The notes beneath the pieces were generated by a model that searched no databases, was not told the origin of the DNA, and was given only the letters and a program-made list of their open reading frames with translations. A program made the position numbers and the translations under genes. DNA of 11,867 nucleotides, the filler included, from an uncultured virus (IMG/VR IMGVR_UViG_3300005239_001603) (lineage: Duplodnaviria; Heunggongvirae; Uroviricota; Caudoviricetes). It is 5 parts of one record of this genome, joined end to end, with 100 filler letters (N's around TTAATTAATTAA, not from the genome) between each part and the next. Parts side by side here need not be neighbours in the genome. Positions count along the whole stretch, not along the records: positions 1 to 3,059 come from IMGVR_UViG_3300005239_001603; positions 3,160 to 4,750 come from IMGVR_UViG_3300005239_001603; positions 4,851 to 9,001 come from IMGVR_UViG_3300005239_001603; 2 more parts are not named here. One strand, given 5' to 3'. Positions 1 to 8,284 of this stretch are shown piece after piece (position 1 is the stretch's first letter; every line of letters starts with the position of its first letter).

Positions 1-820
1 TTGTTCTGAGCACCAGCAACAGCGTTTACATAGACGGTACGGACAACTTCACGGTTGATTTCAGCGAGGATCTCGGTGCTGAGGATGTTGCTCAGCTCGG
101 TCTCGGCATCCAAACCATGAATTGCCTTGAGGTCCTGAGCAAGCTCAAGACTGTACTCAGCCTTCAGGGCGCGTGATTTGGCGGTTACAGTAACCTTCTC
201 AATGCTGAAACCCATCTCACGGAAGTCGGTTCCAGACTCACCAAGTGCTTCAGAAGCAGCGGTGGTCATGCCTTGGGCATCGCCACCAACCTCATAGGTT
301 CCAGGGGAACCATCGTTGAGAAGAGCAGGGTTGTTGCCTTCAGCGTCGTTGTTGGTAGAACCTGATGCACCAGGATCGTAGGTGGTAGACGTGTCGCCAC
401 CAGAGAAACCAGCGTTAGGCTCGTTGAAGAATGCTTCGTCATAACCACCAGCAGCAGGGTCAGTACCTGTACCGTAGTTTGAACGCATTGCGAAGATCAG
501 TCCAGTAGGACCAGTCATCGGTTGAACGCCTGCGATGTCATAGGCGATCAGTTGAGGCATGGAGCGCCTGATCAGGGAGATCAGAACGGGATCAAAACCA
601 GCGACAGGACCAGTTGCGGTAGAACCGCCACTGAAACCACCAGTGCCAGCGGCCATGGTAGGTGCTTCTGTCAGCATCTGTTGCTCTTCACGAGCAGCAA
701 ATTCTTGGTTCTCAAGCAGTTGAGCGATAACTGCTTTCTTGTGTGAATCTTGAATCTTGGGAGGGACTCGTGCTCAAGGACGGGAGCCCACTTTTCTTGG
801 AGTTGCTTAAGATCAGCCAT
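1..820 (-). CDS. gp23: Major capsid protein gp23, 5' part (runs off the window); apparent 1-nt deletion at about 759-761
   Basis: Manual translation from ATG 820 gives MADLKQLQEKWAPVLEHESLP. After a frame change it continues KIQDSHKKAVIAQLLENQE...GFDPVLISLIRRSMPQLIAYDIAGVQPMTGPTGLIFAMRS...FSIEKVTVTAKSRALKAEYSLELAQDLKAIHGLDAETELSNILSTEILAEINREVVRT, which are hallmark T4-type gp23 motifs. Lies directly downstream of gp22. Confidence 0.97.
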
Positions 821-844
821 TTTTTCTAAACTTTAGTAGGGTAG

Positions 845-852
845 TATTTACA
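845..852 (-). promoter_or_regulatory. T4-type late promoter variant (TGTAAATA) upstream of gp23
   Basis: One mismatch to TATAAATA, in the short gp22-gp23 intergenic region about 25 nt before the ATG. Confidence 0.65.
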
Positions 853-857
853 AATAA

Positions 858-1895
858 TTACGATTGGGACCAGCGGCTCAGGGCATCAACATAAGCGCCC
901 ATCGGACCATGATACTGTGTCTCCTCTACAAGGGGTTCAATATCTTCAGTAGGATCTACAGTGGCAGATTCCTTCCTAGTGAAGTATGACTCCTTAATAG
1001 TAGTGATTTTCTTATGAAAACCTTCTTCACTCTCAAACTCAACACCTTCTGCAAGGGAAGCGAGCTTCTCCTTTTGCGTCTCGGTTAAACCTACAGCGCA
1101 ATCGTTCACAATTTCCATCTTAACAAAATCTCCAATTCTCTTATTCAAAGAAATATTGGACTCAATTTGCTCGTTGAGTTTTCCTTCCATGTCATCAATC
1201 TGTTCAACCATGCCGTCAAGCAGGTTAAACTTCTCTTCGGGTACACCAACATGGTGTTCCGCGAACAGAGCCTTGAGGCCACTCATGAACGACTCTGCAA
1301 TTTCATTCTTAACGCCATGCTCTACAGCGAGGGTATTTTCCTCCATCCACTGTTGGGCGGCGTAAGACAGGTAGTCGTCTACTTTGGTGGCCAATTCTGT
1401 TTTGATCTGCTCAACCTGTTCGGTTAGAGTAGATTCAAATGCTTCTTGTACTGCAGTAACTTCAGCATTAACCTTAGCGGTTACTGCTGCTTCAAAGATT
1501 GTTACTGCTCGCTCTCTGAAGTCTTCTGAGAGCTCTTCACCAGCGACAAGAGCGTCAACATCTTCAGTAAAGTCGTACTGGGTTTCAGCGAGCGTTTCTT
1601 CGCCATCTTCCTCAGTCTCCTCCATTTTTGCAGATGCAGCTGAAGGTTTAGTCTTAATAGACTTATCTCCTTCTACGCTAACGGGGGCAGCAGCTTTAGC
1701 ACCAAGATTTGATGTGCCTTTTGCTCCCTCTTCGGTCTTGGAATCGGTGCCACCAATTGTGGTGGATTTGTCACCAGACGTGTCAATACTTTCGCCTGGT
1801 TTCGCGCCTTTCTTGATAGCAGCGACACCAGTTGCAGCCTCTTCAGCCACGTCGGACATCTGTGCTTCAAATTCTACGTCGCGGATATCGGACAT
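858..1895 (-). CDS. gp22: Prohead core scaffolding protein gp22
   Basis: Acidic coiled-coil protein with ELSEDFRERAVTIFEAAV, KVDDYLSY, WMEENTLAVEHG and IKESYF motifs, located between gp21 and gp23. Start placed at ATG 1895 (preceded by AGGAG) rather than 1919. Confidence 0.95.
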   Translation of the reverse strand: MSDIRDVEFEAQMSDVAEEAATGVAAIKKGAKPGESIDTSGDKSTTIGGTDSKTEEGAKGTSNLGAKAAAPVSVEGDKSIKTKPSAASAKMEETEEDGEETLAETQYDFTEDVDALVAGEELSEDFRERAVTIFEAAVTAKVNAEVTAVQEAFESTLTEQVEQIKTELATKVDDYLSYAAQQWMEENTLAVEHGVKNEIAESFMSGLKALFAEHHVGVPEEKFNLLDGMVEQIDDMEGKLNEQIESNISLNKRIGDFVKMEIVNDCAVGLTETQKEKLASLAEGVEFESEEGFHKKITTIKESYFTRKESATVDPTEDIEPLVEETQYHGPMGAYVDALSRWSQS

Positions 1896-1935
1896 TTTTG
1901 AATCTCCTGTAGTCAGCATTTGATTTATCTATGAT

Positions 1936-1943
1936 TATTTATA
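1936..1943 (-). promoter_or_regulatory. T4-type late promoter TATAAATA upstream of gp22
   Basis: Exact consensus on the minus strand just after the gp21 stop. Confidence 0.85.
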
Positions 1944-1945
1944 CT

Positions 1946-2593
1946 TTATAAACTTTGTAAAAAGGTTTTGAACGCGGAAATTTTGCGCTCTTGGATATTA
2001 ATAATGGTAGCCTGATCAATTTCTTGCTTCATTCTGGCAATTTGAGCCTCTTTAAGCAGTCCATTATCCCAAACCCATTCCTTTCCTTCCATAATTCCAT
2101 CAACAAATGCATCAGGAGCAGAAGGATCTGCTACAATATCAGCAGCGGTAGCAAGCATAAAGTCGTCCTCTACGATTGCCATGTCCTCTTCTTTACGAAT
2201 AGAACCCATCCCTCTGGAAGAAACTCCAAGTTTAACACCTTCATCTAAAAGTGATTTTGCAATGTTACCCATAGGGGTATCAAGCAGTTTAGCTTTACCG
2301 ATAAAGTTATTACCTTCTTGTGCAAGATTAACGATCTTATGTGAAACCCTATCAAGATTGATAGAGGGGCCATCGGGATGACCTAGTTCACCAAGAGCGC
2401 GTCCTTTACTAATGAAGTTCTCATCATATTTAGCAACTTCGCGAGAGAGTGTTTCAACTGGATAGTATCTTCCGTTGCGATTTTTAATTCCACCTTGCAA
2501 GAAAACACCCTCAATGAAGTGAGATTTTTTCCCATCCTCGGTTTCTTCTGCAAGGAAGTTAACGTTTAGAATTTCTTCACTGATCAGTTTCAT
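1946..2593 (-). CDS. gp21: Prohead protease gp21
   Basis: IEGVFLQ, KNRNGRYYP, ALGELGHP, INLDRVSH, LGVSSRGMGS and ADIVADPSAPDAFV motifs of the T4 prohead protease. Confidence 0.97.
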   Translation of the reverse strand: MKLISEEILNVNFLAEETEDGKKSHFIEGVFLQGGIKNRNGRYYPVETLSREVAKYDENFISKGRALGELGHPDGPSINLDRVSHKIVNLAQEGNNFIGKAKLLDTPMGNIAKSLLDEGVKLGVSSRGMGSIRKEEDMAIVEDDFMLATAADIVADPSAPDAFVDGIMEGKEWVWDNGLLKEAQIARMKQEIDQATIINIQERKISAFKTFLQSL

Positions 2594-2903
2594 CTGTAGG
2601 TTCCTCTGGATTTACATCGTTTTCAATAGATGCTTCGGGTGGATCTTCTGGTAGTCTACCGTCAATTTCAACATCTGTTGTTGAGATGTCAGAACCATCA
2701 GGAAGAGTATCAGCAAGTTCGTCAGCAACTGCTTGAGCAGTTTGATCGGGATCAAAACCCCAAGTCTTTGCAAAGTCAAGTTTTTTTTGCTGAATCAATT
2801 CGTAAGATGCTGAATTAAGCGCAGTGTTAATTGCATCAATAGCATCTGCTTTATCGTCAGCAAATACTTTATTTACGATATCAATTGCATTTTCAGAAGC
2901 CAT
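2577..2903 (-). CDS. Small acidic protein between gp20 and gp21 (position of T4 prohead core gp67/gp68)
   Basis: 108-aa acidic ORF overlapping the gp21 start and preceded by a late-promoter core. Function is inferred from synteny only. Confidence 0.75.
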   Translation of the reverse strand: MASENAIDIVNKVFADDKADAIDAINTALNSASYELIQQKKLDFAKTWGFDPDQTAQAVADELADTLPDGSDISTTDVEIDGRLPEDPPEASIENDVNPEEPTDETDQ

Positions 2904-2926
2904 AATATTTATGATAATAATAGTAC

Positions 2927-2934
2927 TATTTAGA
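2927..2934 (-). promoter_or_regulatory. Late promoter variant TCTAAATA overlapping the gp20 stop
   Basis: TAAATA core about 24 nt upstream of the ATG at 2903. Confidence 0.6.
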
Positions 2935-3059
2935 TTTGTCCACGTTTTGCATCTTCAGCACTCAATTCATCGTCTGAAAAAAGTGGTTGTTGCTCTTGGA
3001 CTGGGGCACCTTCACCAGGTGGTAACGCACCACCTTCAGCTGCCATAGCTGCTTCTTCA
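2930..3059 (-). CDS. gp20: C-terminal tip of portal protein gp20 (partial, truncated by gap)
   Basis: Manual translation EEAAMAAEGGALPPGEGAPVQEQQPLFSDDELSAEDAKRGQI* is a low-complexity acidic/Pro tail at the syntenic position of gp20. The conserved portal core is not in the window. Confidence 0.7.
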
Positions 3060-3159
3060 NNNNNNNNNNNNNNNNNNNNNNNNNNNNNNNNNNNNNNNNN
3101 NNNTTAATTAATTAANNNNNNNNNNNNNNNNNNNNNNNNNNNNNNNNNNNNNNNNNNNN
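3060..3159. other. Artificial contig spacer (100 nt, TTAATTAATTAA at 3104-3115)
   Basis: N-run with a six-frame stop linker. The rest of gp18, gp19 and most of gp20 are missing here. Confidence 0.98.
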
Positions 3160-4156
3160 GTTTGTATCAGCAACGCTATTGGTAGCAGCGAATGGAGATG
3201 AACCAGTTGTAGATACAACTTGAAGTTCTCTCGTTGCGCTTGCAATAGGACCACTAGCGGTTCCTTGCACAACGGTCATGGTATCATCAATGAAACCAAT
3301 AATACCCGCAGCAGGAATAGTGATCTCAAGAACACGAGTCGTGGGATCCCATGCAAGAACCTCAACCGTTTGATCCGAACCACCAATTTCAATTGTTGCA
3401 TCTGCTTCAGCAGCAACAAACAACCAACTGATGTTGTCATCAGATGCTAAACCACTAGCATGTGTAGGAGCAGTAGCGCCTGAAGTTCCAGCAGCCTGTG
3501 CTTGATAAACTTTACTACCGTTAGAAACTCTTTCGTACTGACTGTAGTATGTTCCAGTAGTCCATGCTGCTTCAGCAGGAATGAATGAACCAGTAGTGGT
3601 AGATTCAAGAGCTAGTTTGATGGAATATCGGAATACCTTTCCACTGACGTTGCCAGCAGCAACTGCTTCCCCTTCGGTAAATTCAAAATCATTACCACTA
3701 CTAGGAGCGGCAAGACTCAAAATTTGATCTGCACCAGCATCCGTCATAAAGATGCGAAGTGAGTTACCATATGCACCAGGGGTCTGGGTTGCAAAGGTCC
3801 AATCATTACTAACGCCAGTTTCGTAACTGGTTTCGTAGTTTTGTAAATTCTTAATTTTTATTGATGCAGAGTTAGATACTGCATTCTTCAAATTCGTGCC
3901 ATCAGCACGAACAGTTTTTAGAGTACCGCCGTAGCTCAGAAATTGAGCGGCTGTAAACCAAAACTCATAATTAGTATCATTTGGTTTGCCAAACGTTGAG
4001 ATCAGGGTTCGTTCTGTGTTTACATCTACGATCTGCTCAACAGTCCTCGTTCAAAAGGAGCCGCGATTGCACCAATATTAGCCAGAGCACTGAGCTAACC
4101 GTGGTAAAATCTCTCTCCTGAATGACGACACCTGGCGATAACTGTGACGCTGCCAT
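3160..4156 (-). CDS. gp18: Tail sheath protein gp18, 5' part; two apparent 1-nt deletions at about 4089 and 4043
   Basis: ATG 4156 follows AGGAG and gives MAASQLSPGVVIQERDFTTVSS / ALANIGAIAAPFERG / (P)VEQIVDVNTERTLISTFGKPNDTNYEFWFTAAQFLSYGGTLKTVRA, continuing into ORF 3891 (TPGAYGNSLRI). This is a typical T4 sheath N-terminus, located downstream of gp17. Confidence 0.95.
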
Positions 4157-4198
4157 GTGAAATACGCTCCTATAGAATACTATTCAGTTTTCTAAAAA

Positions 4199-4206
4199 TA
4201 TTTATA
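4199..4206 (-). promoter_or_regulatory. T4-type late promoter TATAAATA upstream of gp18
   Basis: Exact consensus in the gp17-gp18 intergenic region. Confidence 0.85.
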
Positions 4207-4225
4207 AAAATGAAGTATTCACTTG

Positions 4226-4750
4226 TTACTTATACTCCCACATGTACGCACGATCTCCATACTCATCAGTATGCCATACATCCCCTTGATTATCTACAAA
4301 TGTAGTATCGTCCATACCATCTTGAATGAATCCAAAAGGTGCCATATCCTGCTCAATATTCTCTCTCTGATCATCATAAATTCTCTGCCTTACATCTGTA
4401 TCATTCATCTCACGAAAATAATCCTGCAATGCTAACCAGGAAAAAATAACCAAACACATTGCCAAGTCATCATTACACCCATCTTCCGCCTCAAAAGATT
4501 GTCCCTTTTGAATAAATGTAGTAAGTTCTGAAATAATATCGTAATCTGAGATAACTAATTTATCTTCCTCAATCAATGCTTTCATATTTGAGCATCCAAC
4601 TTTCTTTACGACAGTGCTCATCTTGACACCCATCTGAGTTTTCTTACCAGAGAATCCTTGACCGACTACTTGACCTGCACGACCACGCATAGATGCCATC
4701 AAAAGATTATCATATTCAAGATCAAAGTGTATGATATCTGCTACTTGCCC
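4226..4750 (-). CDS. gp17: Terminase large subunit gp17, C-terminal nuclease part (partial)
   Basis: The frame is open from the gap: GQVADIIHFDLEYDNLLMASMRGRAGQ...KKVGCSNMKALIEEDKL...ISELTTFIQKGQSFEAEDGCNDDLAMCLVIF (RNase H-like DDLxM motif). Confidence 0.96.
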   Translation of the reverse strand, partial: GQVADIIHFDLEYDNLLMASMRGRAGQVVGQGFSGKKTQMGVKMSTVVKKVGCSNMKALIEEDKLVISDYDIISELTTFIQKGQSFEAEDGCNDDLAMCLVIFSWLALQDYFREMNDTDVRQRIYDDQRENIEQDMAPFGFIQDGMDDTTFVDNQGDVWHTDEYGDRAYMWEYK

Positions 4751-4850
4751 NNNNNNNNNNNNNNNNNNNNNNNNNNNNNNNNNNNNNNNNNNNNTTAATT
4801 AATTAANNNNNNNNNNNNNNNNNNNNNNNNNNNNNNNNNNNNNNNNNNNN
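4751..4850. other. Artificial contig spacer inside gp17 (linker at 4795-4806)
   Basis: N-run with TTAATTAATTAA. The ATPase domain of gp17 is missing here. Confidence 0.98.
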
Positions 4851-4979
4851 GGTCTTGATAAAGTATACTGGGTCCTCAGAACACTTAAGATACTCTGCTA
4901 TCTGATCCTTGGTAAAATCTTGAGCGACGTTTGCTTTCTTTAGATTAGGATTACCTAGATATACTTCGTTACTGCTCAT
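4851..4979 (-). CDS. gp17: Terminase large subunit gp17, N-terminus (partial)
   Basis: Manual translation MSSNEVYLGNPNLKKANVAQDFTKDQIAEYLKCSEDPVYFIKT contains the YLGNPNLK and KC..DPVYF motifs of T4-type gp17. Confidence 0.95.
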
Positions 4980-5577
4980 ATCTCATCGGAAATGGTCTTT
5001 CATTGGGTTCGCATGCAGAAGCATGATCTAACATAGCTTCTTCTTGTCCAGGACAGTATTGAAATACTGCACTGAATCTTGCAACCCCCTCATGGTGTCT
5101 GTTGGGTGCTTTTGCTCCATGAGGAATTGAACCAGGGAAGATGACAACTCTTCCTGGTTTTGGTAGTATAGCATCTGTGACTTCATTGTCACGAATAAAC
5201 ACGCTTTCAGATCCCCAACTGTCTTCCCATTTAGTATTTGGATAAACCATAAAGCTCAAAGAGTCTTCTGATTCACCATCAATATGAAGATTAGGAGAAT
5301 CCCCAAAACGGAAGCAATTGTATACAACTCTATGAAAGTTTGGAACTGGTACACTAGAACGTTCTCTGAATGCTTTAATGCAAAATAGTTCAAACTCTCC
5401 AAAATTTGGTAGATCAATTACTTGACCCAACGAATAACTGCTGAGGTTCTGGGAAGGATCATCAAAGATTAATTGCCATCCATTGAAGATTGTAAAGTAA
5501 TCTTCCATCCATTCAATTTCTTCAGTAGTAAATAAGTCATCAATGACTAATACTTGCTCTCTCTTAATCAGCTTCAT
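4969..5577 (-). CDS. 2OG-Fe(II) oxygenase superfamily protein (prolyl-4-hydroxylase-like)
   Basis: HxD (LHID), distal His (IPHG), 2OG-binding Arg (ARFS), and the YPN..W...WG.E and PKPGRVVIFPG strands. Confidence 0.9.
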   Translation of the reverse strand: MKLIKREQVLVIDDLFTTEEIEWMEDYFTIFNGWQLIFDDPSQNLSSYSLGQVIDLPNFGEFELFCIKAFRERSSVPVPNFHRVVYNCFRFGDSPNLHIDGESEDSLSFMVYPNTKWEDSWGSESVFIRDNEVTDAILPKPGRVVIFPGSIPHGAKAPNRHHEGVARFSAVFQYCPGQEEAMLDHASACEPNERPFPMRYEQ

Positions 5578-5791
5578 AAAATTGGTATTCAGTAATCATT
5601 GCAAATAAACGATTTTTGAGTAACTTAAGATACTCTTGTTCTTCAATGGGGCGGGCTGGATATCCAGGCCACTTTTCAAGTGAATAGCTTATATGACTAT
5701 ATAGCATCCTAAGTTCACCTATGCCCATGTGCATGGACATATACCACTCTCCTTCATATGGCCAAAAGTCGTCGTCAAACAATTCGCTCAT
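5564..5791 (-). CDS. Hypothetical protein
   Basis: 75-aa ORF with an ATGA overlap to the upstream nuclease and an overlap into the oxygenase start. Contains WPGYPARPIEEQEYL. Confidence 0.8.
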   Translation of the reverse strand: MSELFDDDFWPYEGEWYMSMHMGIGELRMLYSHISYSLEKWPGYPARPIEEQEYLKLLKNRLFAMITEYQFYEAD

Positions 5792-6249
5792 TCAACTAAA
5801 GTACCATACTTTCTACGAATTACACGAAGTGCTTCAAGGTTCATATCCTTGGTGCCACCATCATAGGCATGAGCATATCCTTCAGTAATCATTTGCTCAT
5901 TCAATGATACTTCTGCGTCTCCAATATATAACCAACCTAGAAGGCGACCATACTTACCCTGACCACCTACCAATTCAGTTCTGACAGATAACTCGTCTTC
6001 ACCAGCAATAGCACCTTCTAGTTTCTCTTTCATCCACTCAGTGGCATCTAGTCCCAGAGCTTTCTCCTCAAGGTTTCTAGTTCTTTTCTCTGGTGTATCA
6101 ACGCCTGCAACTCTAACTCTTTCTTTCTTGTATAGATCAAACCCGAGGTCAATAGTGACATCAATAGTATCACCATCAAGGACACGATTGATCTCCGTCA
6201 CTCGGAAGTTGTAGCAGCTCTTCCTGCTTGGTGGTGTCATTGCGCCCAT
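5788..6249 (-). CDS. Staphylococcal nuclease (SNase/thermonuclease)-like protein
   Basis: VLDGDTID, RVRVAGVDTPE, GKYGRLLG and LNEQMITEGYA match the SNase catalytic and structural motifs. Confidence 0.92.
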   Translation of the reverse strand: MGAMTPPSRKSCYNFRVTEINRVLDGDTIDVTIDLGFDLYKKERVRVAGVDTPEKRTRNLEEKALGLDATEWMKEKLEGAIAGEDELSVRTELVGGQGKYGRLLGWLYIGDAEVSLNEQMITEGYAHAYDGGTKDMNLEALRVIRRKYGTLVE

Positions 6250-6382
6250 GGGATTCCTTCTCGTCTATTCCTAGTATGTATATGATAACGTAGACTGCCA
6301 TAGCTACGACAAGGATTACCATAATAATCACTGACCATACAGGATCATTTGGATTATCCAAAGGACGTAATAATAAATTCAT
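6176..6382 (-). CDS. Small membrane protein (one TM helix)
   Basis: ATG 6382 overlaps the upstream TGA. Hydrophobic stretch VWSVIIMVILVVAMAVYVIIYILGI. Confidence 0.75.
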   Translation of the reverse strand: MNLLLRPLDNPNDPVWSVIIMVILVVAMAVYVIIYILGIDEKESHGRNDTTKQEELLQLPSDGDQSCP

Positions 6383-6561
6383 AATACAATCTTCATCCAA
6401 GGTAATATTGGAGGGATCACTCCAATGAGTCTAAGAAGACCCTCAGCAAAAAGTGCGAGAACAACCCAACCAACACACATACTAATAATTCCAGCATTAC
6501 GATTGTGCTTTCGTATTGCATCGTCAATCATCTCCTGTGCTTGTTCTTTAGTGATGTACAT
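6379..6561 (-). CDS. Small membrane protein
   Basis: 60-aa ORF tightly packed in the operon. Hydrophobic segment GIISMCVGWVVLALFAEGLLRLIGVIPPILPW. Confidence 0.8.
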   Translation of the reverse strand: MYITKEQAQEMIDDAIRKHNRNAGIISMCVGWVVLALFAEGLLRLIGVIPPILPWMKIVL

Positions 6562-6564
6562 AAT

Positions 6565-6861
6565 TTATATATCACTAAATTTATCACGCAAGTCTTCTAG
6601 GGTATCTCTTTTTGCTTTCGTTGCACCATCAACAAATCCTGCTCTATACGCCCATGTCTGACCACCATCCTTACCTTTCATAGGATTGATGCACTGCTCA
6701 TTGCCTAACTTATTACATACTAAACCAGCAAGGTCTAGTTCGCTTCTATCATATGAGGCAGCAGTTCCACTAAACATGTGCTTACCATTAATCCAAATAG
6801 CACCACACTTTTCACACTCTGTTCTAGACAGAGATAATTCTGATACTTCTTTACTTTCCAT
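6565..6861 (-). CDS. Hypothetical Cys-containing protein
   Basis: 98-aa ORF packed in the operon, with CEKC plus two further Cys. Confidence 0.8.
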   Translation of the reverse strand: MESKEVSELSLSRTECEKCGAIWINGKHMFSGTAASYDRSELDLAGLVCNKLGNEQCINPMKGKDGGQTWAYRAGFVDGATKAKRDTLEDLRDKFSDI

Positions 6862-7063
6862 ATGTCTTGTAATGATGTATAAAACTTGTTTTAGGAAATC
6901 CTAGTTCATCCTCCAATTTTCTTCGGATAAAATAACTACGAAATATGATCCAATGCCAACGCAATTCTAAATCTAAGAATTCAAATAACCGCATGGTATT
7001 CTCTATACCTGCATATGCTACAAGCAAAATGAAAGCAGTTACCAATAAGTAAAATGAAACCAT
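6851..7063 (-). CDS. Hypothetical protein with N-terminal hydrophobic anchor
   Basis: Probable ATG at 7063 (MVSFYLLVTAFILLVAYAG). A GTAAATA late-promoter core lies at about 7097-7103. Confidence 0.7.
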   Translation of the reverse strand: MVSFYLLVTAFILLVAYAGIENTMRLFEFLDLELRWHWIIFRSYFIRRKLEDELGFPKTSFIHHYKTYGK

Positions 7064-7103
7064 ATTAGTATCGCATTGATACAACAAGTATAATACTATT
7101 TAC

Positions 7104-7633
7104 NNNNNNNNNNNNNNNNNNNNNNNNNNNNNNNNNNNNNNNNNNNNNNNNNNNNNNNNNNNNNNNNNNNNNNNNNNNNNNNNNNNNNNNNNNNNNNNNN
7201 NNNNNNNNNNNNNNNNNNNNNNNNNNNNNNNNNNNNNNNNNNNNNNNNNNNNNNNNNNNNNNNNNNNNNNNNNNNNNNNNNNNNNNNNNNNNNNNNNNNN
7301 NNNNNNNNNNNNNNNNNNNNNNNNNNNNNNNNNNNNNNNNNNNNNNNNNNNNNNNNNNNNNNNNNNNNNNNNNNNNNNNNNNNNNNNNNNNNNNNNNNNN
7401 NNNNNNNNNNNNNNNNNNNNNNNNNNNNNNNNNNNNNNNNNNNNNNNNNNNNNNNNNNNNNNNNNNNNNNNNNNNNNNNNNNNNNNNNNNNNNNNNNNNN
7501 NNNNNNNNNNNNNNNNNNNNNNNNNNNNNNNNNNNNNNNNNNNNNNNNNNNNNNNNNNNNNNNNNNNNNNNNNNNNNNNNNNNNNNNNNNNNNNNNNNNN
7601 NNNNNNNNNNNNNNNNNNNNNNNNNNNNNNNNN
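7104..7633. other. Assembly gap (530 N, no linker)
   Basis: N-run. Confidence 0.99.
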
Positions 7634-7737
7634 TAGAGTTTATTCCACCTATTCTTACCCTTCATCATACCCCTAATATATTTCTTAGCGGTGCCATTAA
7701 CGGCAGGTGGAATATCTGATGCAAAACCTTGCGCCAT
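7634..7737 (-). CDS. Hypothetical protein, 5' part (runs into gap)
   Basis: ATG immediately after the upstream stop, giving MAQGFASDIPPAVNGTAKKYIRGMMKGKNRWNKL. Confidence 0.65.
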
Positions 7738-7738
7738 A

Positions 7739-8278
7739 TCAGGATCCTACAACTTGGACTTCTTCAACATGGATAGCACCACCAGAACCTACTTCAATTT
7801 TTACACAACGCTTGACTACTGCCTGAGGTCCGCTGTAAGCATAAGTGTAATCTGCAGATGCAGCAGATGAATCAATATCAGTAGTAATAGTGTTTCCTGT
7901 TGCAGCAGTAACTTTCTTACCTGCTGTTCCTGCTGACAAGAAAGCAGCATTGATTGCAGGAGATGTGCTATCATCTTCTACTGCAATGAAGTCGTCTACT
8001 GAGAATGGATGAGTGTTTGACACCTCACCGAGATTAGTTCCAAGTTGATAATCTGCAGTAGCATCATCAACTCCTTTTACAATTCTTGCTTGACCAGGCT
8101 TACCACCTTTGAGTAGAATTTCTGCATCTTTTATCAAAGTAATAGCAGGACCACCATTAAATGATACTGTGCTATTAGCAGCGTGGGCAATTACGCGATA
8201 GAAACCAGTCTGCACTACCTGATATTCGGTAGCACCACCAGAAATTTCATTTGTGCTTAAAACATTTAATACTGTCAT
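7739..8278 (-). CDS. Hypothetical beta-rich protein, probably virion structural
   Basis: 179-aa G/A/S/T/V-rich ORF following gp16. A GATAAATA late-promoter core lies at 8302-8309. Confidence 0.8.
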   Translation of the reverse strand: MTVLNVLSTNEISGGATEYQVVQTGFYRVIAHAANSTVSFNGGPAITLIKDAEILLKGGKPGQARIVKGVDDATADYQLGTNLGEVSNTHPFSVDDFIAVEDDSTSPAINAAFLSAGTAGKKVTAATGNTITTDIDSSAASADYTYAYSGPQAVVKRCVKIEVGSGGAIHVEEVQVVGS

Positions 8279-8284
8279 GTCGTG

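Noticed and set aside
755..765. Frameshift in gp23 (pseudogene or programmed frameshift)
   Set aside because: One base is missing in a short G run of an essential gene. The same kind of defect occurs in gp18 and gp15, which points to sequencing error in a low-coverage draft.
266..3450. Plus-strand and alternate-frame ORFs over gp23, gp22, gp21 and gp18 (e.g. 1384-1923)
   Set aside because: Shadow ORFs of well-supported minus-strand genes. The same applies to the plus-strand ORFs in the rest of the window.
4040..4092. Two frameshifts in the gp18 5' end
   Set aside because: Restoring one base at each site yields the canonical sheath N-terminus and there is no slippery heptamer; most likely read errors.
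4226..4979. Split or miniature terminase, or an intron/intein in gp17
   Set aside because: The two pieces are separated by an artificial spacer, so the missing ATPase domain is simply unsequenced.
7096..7737. 213-aa ORF in the track
   Set aside because: Mostly N; only the first 34 codons are real sequence.
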